Of a stretch of 64,000 nt of DNA, positions 49,017 through 64,000 are shown piece by piece. A program made the translations under genes and the position numbers. Origin of the DNA: the human T2T-CHM13v2.0 reference genome, Homo sapiens; assembly GCF_009914755.1 (NCBI RefSeq), contig NC_060936.1. One strand, written 5' to 3'. Below the pieces are notes generated by a model. That model was not told the origin of the DNA, did not search any database, and was given only the letters and a program-made list of their open reading frames with translations. Positions within the stretch are counted from its first letter, which is position 1; each line of letters starts with the position of its first letter.

Positions 49017-50440
49017 TCATTAGTAACACAAATATCTTTCAAAACCTGTCCACAACTTTTGTCATAAAATTTGGCTGAAAGAAAACAATGTAATTCCTAG
49101 TTTCCACTACACCAAATTTTCCTTCCTTCTTCTACTAGTTATTTTGTTTCTTTACCTTTTTAAACAGAAACCTTGTATCTCTCTCAAAAGATCAAATACC
49201 TAGAAGTATAGTAAAACTATAACCTAATAGGTTAATATGCAGGTAGATCATAATAGTAAAACAGAAACTACTGAAAAATTCTAGACCCAAAGTGCTATAT
49301 AACAGACTATAATTTTAGAAACGTATGTTAAATGTGTAAAGATAAAAAATATTTTACAAAAACCTGAATTAAAGCATTAACATAATTTTCATATTACTTT
49401 TTCAAAAAACAAAGTGGACAACTAGAAAGATTTTGATTTCTAGGTAGGCAACACTGAAGTTACTACACCACTTATTCCATTAAAAGCCCTTCTACATGTT
49501 AATCATTTTCAATATAACAAGTGCATAAACTCTAAATTTGGGGTGAAATTACATTCCCTCACAATTTTAGGTGACTTTCAAAGACACAGCACAAAAGAAG
49601 GAGCAGAGCAGACAACAGAGTCAGAATTGGCTCAAATTCCCGGTTCCGAACACCATTAGCTGGGTAAACTTGGATAATAGAGCTGAAATTTGGTAACTCC
49701 TCTATAAAAATACTACCACTACCACCCACCCAAATGTCTTTTCCTCTATTACTAGACTATACAGTAAACATGCTGTAACAATGTTCTTAAATAAAATGTT
49801 AAACTTCTTATAACTAGGCTAACTCGTTATTATATGACATAGCCACTGAGTGATTCATTTGCTTAATATGTAGTTTTTGGAAAACTAAACCCTCAAAGAA
49901 ATAGAATATAAAATAGCATAATAATGATTATTTTAATAGTTTTATGCAGCTTTGTCAGATTTAAGAGAACTGTAATGCCCAAATTCTTCAATCTTTCAAA
50001 ACTTTTATTTTTTAAAATATATAATGCCACTGTTTATCCAATCCAAGCAATTCTATGCTATACACACGATTGTTTTTAAGACTGTTAAAGTGACACCATC
50101 TCAAATCATCTTTTCATATTCTTTTTTATGGTTTTCTTTTTTAATGATGTATCTAAAAAGTTTAAAGTCTTGCTTTTGTAGAATAGTCAAGAGTACAGAA
50201 GGCTGTGGAGTCAAACAGGCCTAGGTTTCAATCCCAGCACCACCACTACCGATGCAGTCTGGAGCAAGTTACTCCACTGCTCTAATCCCCCAAGAACTTC
50301 ATTTATAAAACAGGGATATTACCTACCTCATAAACATTATTTAAAAATTTTTATTAAATATTATATGCATGGCATTAGCAAAGACTCAAAAAATAAAAAC
50401 TATAATTACTCCTTAATGTCAGCTTATTATATTCAATTTA

Positions 50441-50674
<234 letters not shown>

Positions 50675-50679
50675 TCAAA

Positions 50680-52350
<1,671 letters not shown>

Positions 52351-52985
52351 TTTTTTTAAAGGTATTATATGGAGAGTCAACAATGCAAGTGTACATGCTG
52401 GTAACAAAAAGTTATTGACAAAACAAAATAATTTCAAAAATGGGATAGCTCTACCAACTCTATTATTCAAGATGATTTAAATGACAAGAAAAATCAATCA
52501 ACTTATAAATAATTGTCATGCATCTATTTTATCTATAGTCAAAGGCACACATAAGGAAATGGGCAATACTCAAGATTCTAATGGCCTCATCCACTTCTGA
52601 AAACTGTGGAAAAATAATCTAACAGCCAGATGGATATCTCTAAAGAGCAATATTGTTTCATCTGCAAATCCTGAGGGGCCTCTTTTTTCTTTTCTAAAAA
52701 GAGAGAGAACTGCAACTATAAGATTAAGTAAAAGAAGGGAGTGGGTAACTTTAACAGAATCTTGAAATAAAAATCTGATTTTCTTCTGACTTTTGGGTAA
52801 TACTTCTGCTCAAGATTTCACATATTCTGCCAAAACAGTCCTCAAAAAATATGGTAAAGGGATGTTACAATGTGAAGCCATGAAATCATGAAATAAGAAG
52901 CAGGGCTAACAACAGGTATAAAGCATAAACATAAAAGCAATTATTTTCTTAATGTTCCACATGTAGGCTATAGTATTAATGTATC

Positions 52986-54592
<1,607 letters not shown>

Positions 54593-55173
54593 TGTCACCT
54601 CACATTCTTTACTTACCAATGTAGGCTGAGTATCCCTACTCTGAAAAACCAAAATCCAAAAATACTTCTAGGTCCTAAGCATTTCAGATAAAGAATAGTC
54701 AACCTGTAATGTGGGATATTAGTAGTTTATGTACATATTTCATAAGATGCTTCCATGGTGAATACACCAGTGCGACCGAGAAACTGGGAAAGCAGTCCCC
54801 TATTCACTGATAAATCTCATTCCTATTATCTTTTCCCTACCAGACCTTAAAAATATCGATAGCAAAGTTCTGAGACACATTCCGTTTCAAAGTAATCTAT
54901 AACCTACTCATAAATAATACTGTTGATTAGAAACAAAAGGTTTAGGTTAAAAATTCAGTATTTTTAGAGTTAATTTTAACTAGGGTCCTCACTCTTAGAA
55001 GTGCAATTAGTCACTGAGCTATTTTCAGTGCAACTTGGTAAAAACTAAAGAAGAAAAAGTGTTAAATGAAATACGATCTAAAAAGAATGGATAAATATAA
55101 AGAGAAAACAAACACAACAAAAATTATATATTAATAAAGATTCTGTTCCAACTTCAGGTCAGGCCATAAGAAA

Positions 55174-55359
55174 CAGTCATCCCTGGTATACACACGGCAT
55201 TGGTTCCAAGACCCCCCCAGCCTCTAGTCCTACAGTTGGCCCAGGAACATCCAGGTATATGAAAAGTCAGCCCTCCATATCTGCATTTGGTTGGGAAAAA
55301 AACGTGTATCACAAGTGGACCCATGGTCACTCAAACGCATGTTGTTCAAGGGTCAACTG
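55174..55359. mobile_element. MER2-like DNA transposon
   Basis: cagtcatccctggtat...ttggttccaagacccccc...gttgttcaagggtcaactg. Confidence 0.72.
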
Positions 55360-56475
55360 TATTTGGAGGAAGAAAAAAAAATATGCATCAATGTAGACTC
55401 TTTCAAAAAATTTAGAGTCTAAATAAGGTTTCAGCAAGCTACTGCCCACAGGCCAAATCTTGCCCACTGTTTTTGTATTGCCCATTAGCTAGGAATAGTT
55501 AAATAGCTGTTTAAAAAAACAAAAACAAAAACCCAAGACTTTGTGACAAAGACCCATATGGCCCTTTATAGAAAAGTTTGCCAACTCCTGCTGTAAGTTA
55601 ATAACTCTTCACATTATTTGAAGTATTCTCAACAAATATTATTTATTCTCTTTATATATTTTTTTAAATTTACCACTCTGAGAAAGTACTGGTTATGAAA
55701 ACCCATCTGATTTTAAAACACAGAGATTCTGTAATGAAACTAGTTAATAATGGAGCAAAGACAAGGATGAAGGTGTTACGTTTTTAATTAGTATTTCCAG
55801 CCTTTCAAAAAAGTAAACTTTTAAATTAGGTACATAAGTTACCAAGGTTACTAATTTGTAGCCTTAGGAAACTACGATAAAATAAAGTAACTTAAACTAA
55901 CTCACAATAAAATATTAAATGAAGGAAAGTTATTCCCCATAGTCCCCCCACTCCCAGCTAAAATATTATTTTTTCCATCTACATAGTAAAAAATTTTTCT
56001 AAATGAAATGTACTATACTGGCAAGACTGAATTGTAGACAGAATTCAAACATTTCTGGTGACATAATAAGCACAATATTTTTGGAAAGCAATTACAGTAT
56101 TTATCTAAAGTCATTCAAATGTTCATAGCCTTTGACATAGTAATGTTACTATGGGAAATTATGCTAAGAAAATATGTGGTTTTTTTTTAAATGACAGTTA
56201 TAAAGAGATTCTTAACATGGCATCCTAAAATGTCTTACAAAGAAAATTTACTTAAGCATTTAAAACTGACCCATAATCTTGCACCATTTACCTATCTTCA
56301 AAATATATCCTACATCCAACCACCTACCACCACCACCAACACCATCCCCCTAGTCCATGATAACTATTTTGTCTCAGGCAATCTGCAGCAATTGCTTCCT
56401 AGCAGGTATCCCTGCTGTTAATCTCACAATATAGTCTCCACACAGCAGCAAGTGATAGTTTATAAATGTAGGTTA

Positions 56476-56725
56476 GGGCTAGGCACCATGGGCTAGGCAC
56501 CTATAATCCCAACACCTTGGGAGGCCGAGACAGGTGGATCACCTGAGGTCAAGAGTTCAAGACCAGCCTGGCCAACATGGTAAAATCCCATCAAAAATAC
56601 AAAAAATACAAAAAAAAATTAGGTGTGGTAGTGTGTACCTGTAGTCCCAGCTATTTGGGGAGCTCAGGTGGGAGGACTGCTTGAGCCAGGAAGGAAGAAA
56701 ATGAATGAATGAATGAATGAACGAA
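56476..56725 (+). mobile_element. Degenerate Alu followed by (TGAA)n within L2
   Basis: Alu arms, flanking gtaggttag duplication. Confidence 0.8.
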
Positions 56726-58415
56726 GGTAGGTTAGATCATGTCATTCACTTGCTCAAAGTCCTCCAATAGCACTCTTCGGTCTTAAAAATAAAAATGCAA
56801 AGCACTCTTCCTTCTCTGGTACCTCCTATGTTTCCTTCATAGCATGTATTATAATTTGTAATTATGTATTTACTTGTGAAATTGTTTAAGTCTATATCCT
56901 CTACTAGGCTTTAAACTCCGTGTTGGTAGGGCTCACGCCTGTTGTACTCACCACTACACACCCTCTACCTAACAGTCTTGAACGCTATAGGTAATTAGTA
57001 CTGCCTCTTAAATAAGTGAATGAATCCATTTGATGTAAATATATGCAGATACTAAAAAATGAATGGAAATTTTATTAGAATTAAGCAGTTAACATAAATA
57101 CAATTTAACAGATTTTTCAATTATATAATACAAATCCTTCTCAAATATTCTGAAGATACTACATATTTGAAATGAATGTTCACGACAAATGCCCCACTTT
57201 CAATGTAACAGTGTGCAAAGGCAGATTTTTTAATCTTTCAACAATTTGTTTTAAAATCTATGTTTCAATGTTCTCTTAGAAAAACAAGCACATGTTTAAG
57301 ATACCATAAATTTTATCAAGACAATGAAGCTGTTAATTTTTAAATTACAATATATATTAAGAATAATTTAATAAATTTTACCTTCAATTAAATTTTATAT
57401 AATATGTAAAGTTTTATGTAAAAATACAACCAAAACAATACACACAGAGATTTTAACACATTTATGGGAGGGAAGAAAATAAGACTAGGGAAAAGAATGC
57501 AGGAGTCTTCAACAATATTAACTTTTCTATCTTGGAAAAAAGAAAGAGCTAAATCAAATGTTGCTAAATGTTAAGATATGAAAGAGCTGGTTGGTACACA
57601 CATGAGGTTCATTATACTACTATTCTATAAAGCACTAAGAGTGCACCCATTTTATCATTACTTAAAATGGATTTCATATTTTTAAATTTTTGTTGGTTTG
57701 ATAAGCTACACATTTTTATTGTTTTCATACCAATTTCTTTGAGGAGTAATAATGTTATATAGGTTTTTTTTCTTATCTGCATATTTATCGCCAACGTGTG
57801 TCCTTTGCCCATGTGGAATTTTAATCTTCTTTTACACTGACTTGCATAATTTTTTTAATGAAGTGTTTCCTGGTTTATTAAATGCCTTTATTTTGAGGAA
57901 TTTAAAAGCTAACTCATTCAAGATAAGATAACCTCATTAACCAGAACATCAAGTTTGTCATTTTTCCATTATAATTAATAACTAAATTATTCAGTGTGTT
58001 CACCTTTTAACATACTCGAGTATGGGTTTTCCAACTCAGGCAGTGACTCTGACACAGAGACATATTCCATGTATCAAAACAAAACAATATATACATTCCA
58101 AGTATAGATTTTGTTTACTATATTGTAGTAAACAAAAAACCTAAAGAAACTAATAACTTTTACTAAAGGTAATCATATTACTATTAATAGTAATTACAGC
58201 AGTCAACATTTACTGAGCCCTTACTTATATGCCAGATACTGTCATAAGCATATTACAAACATCATCTCATTTAATCTCCATCTTCATTCTGCCAATTCCA
58301 TGAGATGCTCTTCTCAATATAACTAGAACTGCTGAAAATGTCAATAATGTATTACTCGGGGATTTCCTCTTGAAATTGTATGTTTTCTTAATGTATTAAG
58401 TATTGTAAGGACTTT

Positions 58416-58436
58416 TTACATACTGCTTAATAACAC
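58416..58436 (-). CDS. KRAS: Probable KRAS alternative terminal exon in intron 2 (adds VLLSSM*)
   Basis: Strong acceptor gtttctcatcttttcctacag|GTG TTA TTA AGC AGT ATG TAA; phase 0 like the canonical next exon; AATAAA at 57076-57071; matches a recalled short annotated isoform. Confidence 0.7.
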   Translation of the reverse strand: MLLSSM

Positions 58437-58982
58437 CTGTAGGAAAAGATGAGAAACTTTTACTCAATTAATGCTCAAGTACTTTACGTTACTCTTCCGA
58501 AAGGTTATTTAAATTCACTGTAGAATGATGTGTTCCGCACTTTCCGTTTATAAGCCATCAAAGACTGTTGTAGACTGTCAGAATTATAATAGGGAAGAAA
58601 CAGGGAATTTAGGGTATGTAAACAGAGGTTGATGAGTTCATTCCCATCTACCCACATCAGTCTCCCTTGTATCATAGAAACACTTATTGAAAATCTAGGT
58701 GTCACATTCCGTGTCACACATTATATAGTTTCTGACCTCAAGCAACTAAGGTGAGTGGAAGAGACATGAACGTAAATAAATAATTAAAATAAAATGAATG
58801 TAACACCATATGCAAGACGAAGTACAATGGTGGCACACAGGAGAGATCAACTTTGTATGCATTAAGAAAGACGGGGAGGGGAAGGACATTCCAAGCAGGA
58901 AGGAGCAAACAGAATGTAAAAAACATAGAACAGCATGTTGAGGACACAGAACCAAGGAGCTCCATATAACTTTAGCTTAGAA

Positions 58983-59300
58983 CAGCGGTCCCCAACTTTT
59001 CCGGCATCAGGGACCAGTTTCGTGGAAGACAATTTTTCCAAGGACCGAGTTGGGGGTGATTTCAGGATGAAACTGTTTCACCTCAGACCATCAAGCATTA
59101 GTTAGATTCTCCTAAGGAGTATGCAACCTAGATCCTTGCATGGGCAGTTCACAACACGGTTCACGCTCCTATTAGAATCTAATGCTGCCGATCTGACAGG
59201 AGCTAAGGCAAGTAATGCTCACCTCCTTCCGGCTGTGCAGCCCAGTTCCTCACAGGCCACACAGGTGGGTACCAGTCCGCAGTCCAGGGTTTGGGGATCT
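58983..59300. mobile_element. MER1-type hAT/Charlie element
   Basis: cagcggtccccaacttttccggcatcagggaccagtttcgtggaagacaatttttcc ... gggtttggggatc. Confidence 0.85.
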
Positions 59301-59994
59301 CAAAGGCTTAGAGGATCTCTAAGGCTTAGAGGCCTTAGAATAAGCACCAAGAAGTGAAACTGGACAATCAAGCAGGGGCCAGCTTACGGAGGGTCATGTG
59401 TATATTAAGTAAGGAGTTTTAAACTTCATCCTATACAAAATCACTAAAAGGTTTTTAAAATAGGAAGGGAGATCAGATTCATTACTAGCATTATCATGAC
59501 AAATTATAGAAAGGGACAAAATGTTTTGGCCCTTCCCAGACACTGACTCATCATACCCACTCAGATTCACCAGTAGCAGCCAAAGGCACCTCTGCAGGGA
59601 TTAAGCCTCAGCGACAAGGGGCCCCTCCTCTGAGCTTCCAGTTCTGATAAACCCCAAATCTTCCCAGCATTCCCTGAATCTTAGGAGTAGTGCCCATTCT
59701 TGATGTTACTGTGTTACTTCAGTGTTTTTTTGCCTTTCAGTCTTCCAACACCTAATTAGTTCTCTGTGCTGAAATATCTAGTGTGGTTTCTGCTTTCTGA
59801 ACTAGACTTTTGACTTCTATAAATGTTAAAAATGGGTGGAAATAAGAGAGAGAAGAAGGGGGAGGGAGGGAGAGAGGGGAGCAGAGACTGGGAGATGAGC
59901 TACGAATTATTACAAGAAATGACAAAATCTGAACTAAGGCAGCAACAGCAGTATGGACCGAAAAGATTAAATAGATTTGAGAAATACTTAGGTA

Positions 59995-60620
59995 AAATTG
60001 TTGGTAGGAATGTAAACAGTACAATCACTACCAAAACCACTTGGCAGTTCCTCAAAAAGTCAAAGACAGAGCTACCATATAACCCAGCAACTGTACCTTA
60101 GATATACACCCGAGAGAAGTGAAAACATATGGTCACACAAAAACGTGTACATAAATGTTTATAGTGGCATTATTCAAAATTGCCAAAAAGAGGAAATCAC
60201 TCAAATGCCCATCAAATGAACAGATAAACAAAATAAGGTATATCCATATAACAGAGTATTATTCAGCCAGAAAAAGGAATGAAGGAATGATCAACAAGCA
60301 AAAACATAGACGAACTCTGAAAATATCATCCTGTGTGGAGGATGCCAGACACAAAAGGCCACGTCTGTACGATTCTCTTTATATGAAATAATCAGAGTGG
60401 ACAAATCCACAGAGATGGAAAAATTAGCAGTTTTTAGAGGCTGGTGGGAGAAGGGATTGGGGAGTGGCTGCTAATGGATGTGGGACTTTTGGGGTGATAA
60501 TAACATTCTGGAATTAGTAGTAATGACTGCACAACCCTTGTGAATATACTAAAAACCATGTACACTTGAAAAGTGTAAATTGTATGCTATGTGAATACAT
60601 TTCAATTTTTTAAAATAACA
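59995..60620 (+). mobile_element. L1M 3' fragment
   Basis: WQFLKK..ELPYNPA and MFIVALFKIAK ORF2-end motifs followed by L1M 3'UTR. Confidence 0.8.
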
Positions 60621-62926
60621 GAGCTTACCGACAGGGGATGAGTACAAAGGGGAGGGCGAAGGAAAAGATGAGTGATATTGGGCATGTTGAATTCCCTGTA
60701 CTCATGGGTTGTCCTGGTGGATATGACCTGCAGGCATCTTGATATACATACATGTCTGGTGCTCAGGACAGAAGTCCAGGCTAGAGATAGACTTGGGAGT
60801 CTTCGATCCATGGACAGCCGAAGAACTTCACTTATTTGTGCTATGGGCTTGGGCAAACTACTTTATCTCACATCTTCTCTAAGCTATTGTTCCTTCAGCT
60901 GTGAAAGTAGGTAAAACTGCATACAGGACTTTATACATAGATTAATATTAAAGACCATGAAAATCTCTTTATAAAATGAAAAGTGCTATAAAAAGTTAAC
61001 TGCATTATTTTATATACTACACGCAGGCCAAAAAGTAGGGGCAGGCCACTGGCTACTGAGAACTGTTCAGAAACAGTATCTTCTCCTTACAAAATCACTG
61101 GGCACCTACAGTTGAAATAATTTTGCAAAACTGGTCACCATATTTCAAAATAAATATAATGGAGCTGGACAAATCACAGGGAAGGATAGCTACAACTGAA
61201 GGCTATGAAGGATTTCTGTTTTGATTAGGGAGTGAAGATGTTAAAGAGCTTATTTTCATGGCAGAATTTTCAATTAAAAACTAAGACATTCACTAAAAGT
61301 AAGGATAAAGAAAACAAAGACTTCTTTACTAAATGCTGGATACTTAAAATTATAAGAATGGTGAACATTAGCTTAGTACTAGAGAGAATTAAGTGTGTAC
61401 TACTCCCAAGAGAAAAAACTAGTTCAAAAATCTGAATGAACTCAAGGAAAATTTATATGACAAATTTTGAAAATAACGATATAATGAGCATACATGTGTA
61501 ACCTGTTCAAGTCAGATGGCATTTGCCCACAAGTGATCACTTGAAGTCCAGGTAAGAATGAGAGGCTGGAATGACCGTGGATCCAATCTTAATGCCAATA
61601 TAATGTTCATATTTTATATTATATACCTCTCATATTATTTATTTAGCCTTAATAGCAATTTCCTTAATCCAAGACTACATGTGAATTATGTAATTTATTG
61701 AGGCTTGAAAAATAAGCATGAAATAATCTAACGGTATCTGAAACTTTAGTGCCCTTTTCTCTCTCCAAAACGAGTATTTACTTTTCCCCCAGCCCAATGG
61801 TATAAGCTTATTTTAAAAAACTAAAACACAACAAAGGATGAGGGAGTAATTTTGTTTCTAGATGAAATCATACTCAACACAAGGTGCTGTGACCCAGCTT
61901 CACTTACATAATGGACATTTTTGAACATCAGTATATCTAAATCTACCTAATATTTCCAACAACTATGTAATTTGTATATATGGACATACCATAATTTATT
62001 CACCCATTCTCTATTGGTAGACATGAAGATGATTTCCATTTTTTTAAAATCATAAACAACACTGCAGTAAACATTCTTATATATACATCTTAAACATTTA
62101 TCCAATTAAATCCTTGGATAAATTTCAAGAAGTTGAATTACCTGGTCAAAGGACATGTAGTTTACATTTTGAAACATATTTCCAGACTGACCTCCATAAA
62201 GTCTGAGGGTCTATACTCCCACTACAGTGCAAGGCGCACACTTCTCCATACCCTTCCTAGCAGTTATCATTTTAACCTTAGCCAATATGAAAGTACAGAA
62301 ATGTTATTTATTGTTTGAACTTGCATCACATTCATGAAGTAAGTGTCTTTTTATATGTTCATGTTATTTATTTTATTTCTTTTTTGGTAGACAAGCTATT
62401 TATATCTTTAGTACCCCCCATCCCTTTTTTTCTATTTGTGTGTTTGCTTTTCTCTAATTCATATATAAGATAGCTTCCTGTTACTTGAACCAAATGGTTT
62501 TTCTAGGTTTTCATTTGTCTTCTATCTTTGTTAAAGAAAACTTAATTTTTATGCAGCTAGATAGCTCAGTTTTTTCCCAAATGTTTGCCTTAATGGTTTA
62601 AGGATACTCTGATGATGAGAAAGGAGTCTCACTTTTCTCAAGGGTGAAAAATATTTATCCAAATTCCACAAATAAGGAAACCTAAAGTTAAATCACTCAA
62701 TCTATGTTACTTAGATAACACTGCAAGATCCATAATTTAAGAATGACATTATCATTTTTATTTCACAAGTGTATAGTTTAGCATTAAAATTTACACAAGG
62801 AGAAACAGGGTAGAACCAGGGTTCTCACTGCGGGAGAAAGAAGGTGAAAAATAGTTAACTCTTGATTTCTTAGTAACATGCATTTCTAAGCTCTGTGCCT
62901 TGAAAACGGTCTAGAAGCAGTGACAC

Positions 62927-63180
<254 letters not shown>

Positions 63181-63542
63181 TAATAGAAATAGTGAAAATA
63201 AAATATTTGAAAGGATTAAGGAGGGACACACTACCTACCTTACTTTTTTCAATGTTTTATTTTGAAAAAATTTCAAACCTATAGAAAAGTAGTAAAAAAT
63301 AGTACAGCGAATAGCCTCAGCCTCCCAAAGTGCTAAGATTACAGGCATGAGCCACCATATCTGGCTTATTTCTACTAATTTCTATATTAAGATCCCAATA
63401 ATTTAACTGTTCCATAACCTACACATTATGAAATAATAATGGTTAAGAGACGCCAGAAATGTAATGCTCTTAAGTATAAAGCCTCTAAATTAAGTCATAT
63501 ATAATTAGCATGATTGCCTAGAAACACTGCTCTTCAAAATAA

Positions 63543-63740
63543 AGTGGGCCATCCATATCCATGGGTACTGCATCTACAGATTCAACCAATTATGGATAAA
63601 AGATATTCTGAGGAAAAAAATCCATGAAGTTCCGAAAAGTAAAACTTGAATTTGCCATGTACTGAGTACTACGTTGAACCCACATGAATGAACTGATGTG
63701 CAGGCATTGTAATAGGTATTACAAGAAATCTAGAGATACC
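63543..63740. mobile_element. MER2-like/Tigger-family fragment
   Basis: ccatccatatccatgggtactgcatctacagattcaaccaa motif. Confidence 0.55.
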
Positions 63741-64000
63741 TAAAACTAATAAGCTCCATGAAGGCAGGAATCTGGTCTGTTTTGCGCCTCAGTGTATCTC
63801 TAGCCCACAGGAAGACTGCATGGTACAAAGTGGGCAGTGAAGAACATTTCTAGGATTAAGGAATTAGTTGTATTGTTAAAACCAGAATCTTAGGAGATTC
63901 CAAACCATAAAATCATTTTTTCCTTTCACTTAATTCCATTACCAACTTCCATTTGTATGTTTTTAAATCTTTGGATTTATAAAAACCCAAGGTAGAAAAA

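Overview
This is human-type genomic DNA from the chr12p12.1 KRAS locus. It holds three known genes. (1) The 5' end of DNAI7/CASC1 on the minus strand: a start-codon exon at ~18.3 kb, an 18-nt GPKAKK micro-exon at 13860-13877, then intron to the left edge. (2) The complete ETFRF1/LYRM5 gene on the plus strand, a 90-aa LYR protein that shares a CpG-island bidirectional promoter with DNAI7. (3) The 3' three-quarters of KRAS on the minus strand: coding exons for codons 38-97 and 97-150, exons 4A and 4B, and the ~4.5 kb 3'UTR. The G12/G13 exon lies beyond the right edge. Q61, K117 and A146 are wild type. The rest is intronic and dense in Alu, L1, L2/MIR, MaLR and DNA-transposon fossils; most of the supplied ORFs are artefacts of these repeats. 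I see no new gene system. The observations most worth checking are: a TA-rich palindromic tract at 22.4-22.9 kb patched with several short copies of neighbouring sequence; a fold-back hairpin at an L1 3' end; a micro-exon, AG|GTATGT acceptor and triple-uAUG arrangement around the ETFRF1 start; an intronic KRAS terminal exon; and a stop-free 339-nt KRAS exon pair bracketed by inverted Alus. Repeat family names, repeat boundaries and SNP identifiers come from pattern recognition and memory, not from a database search.
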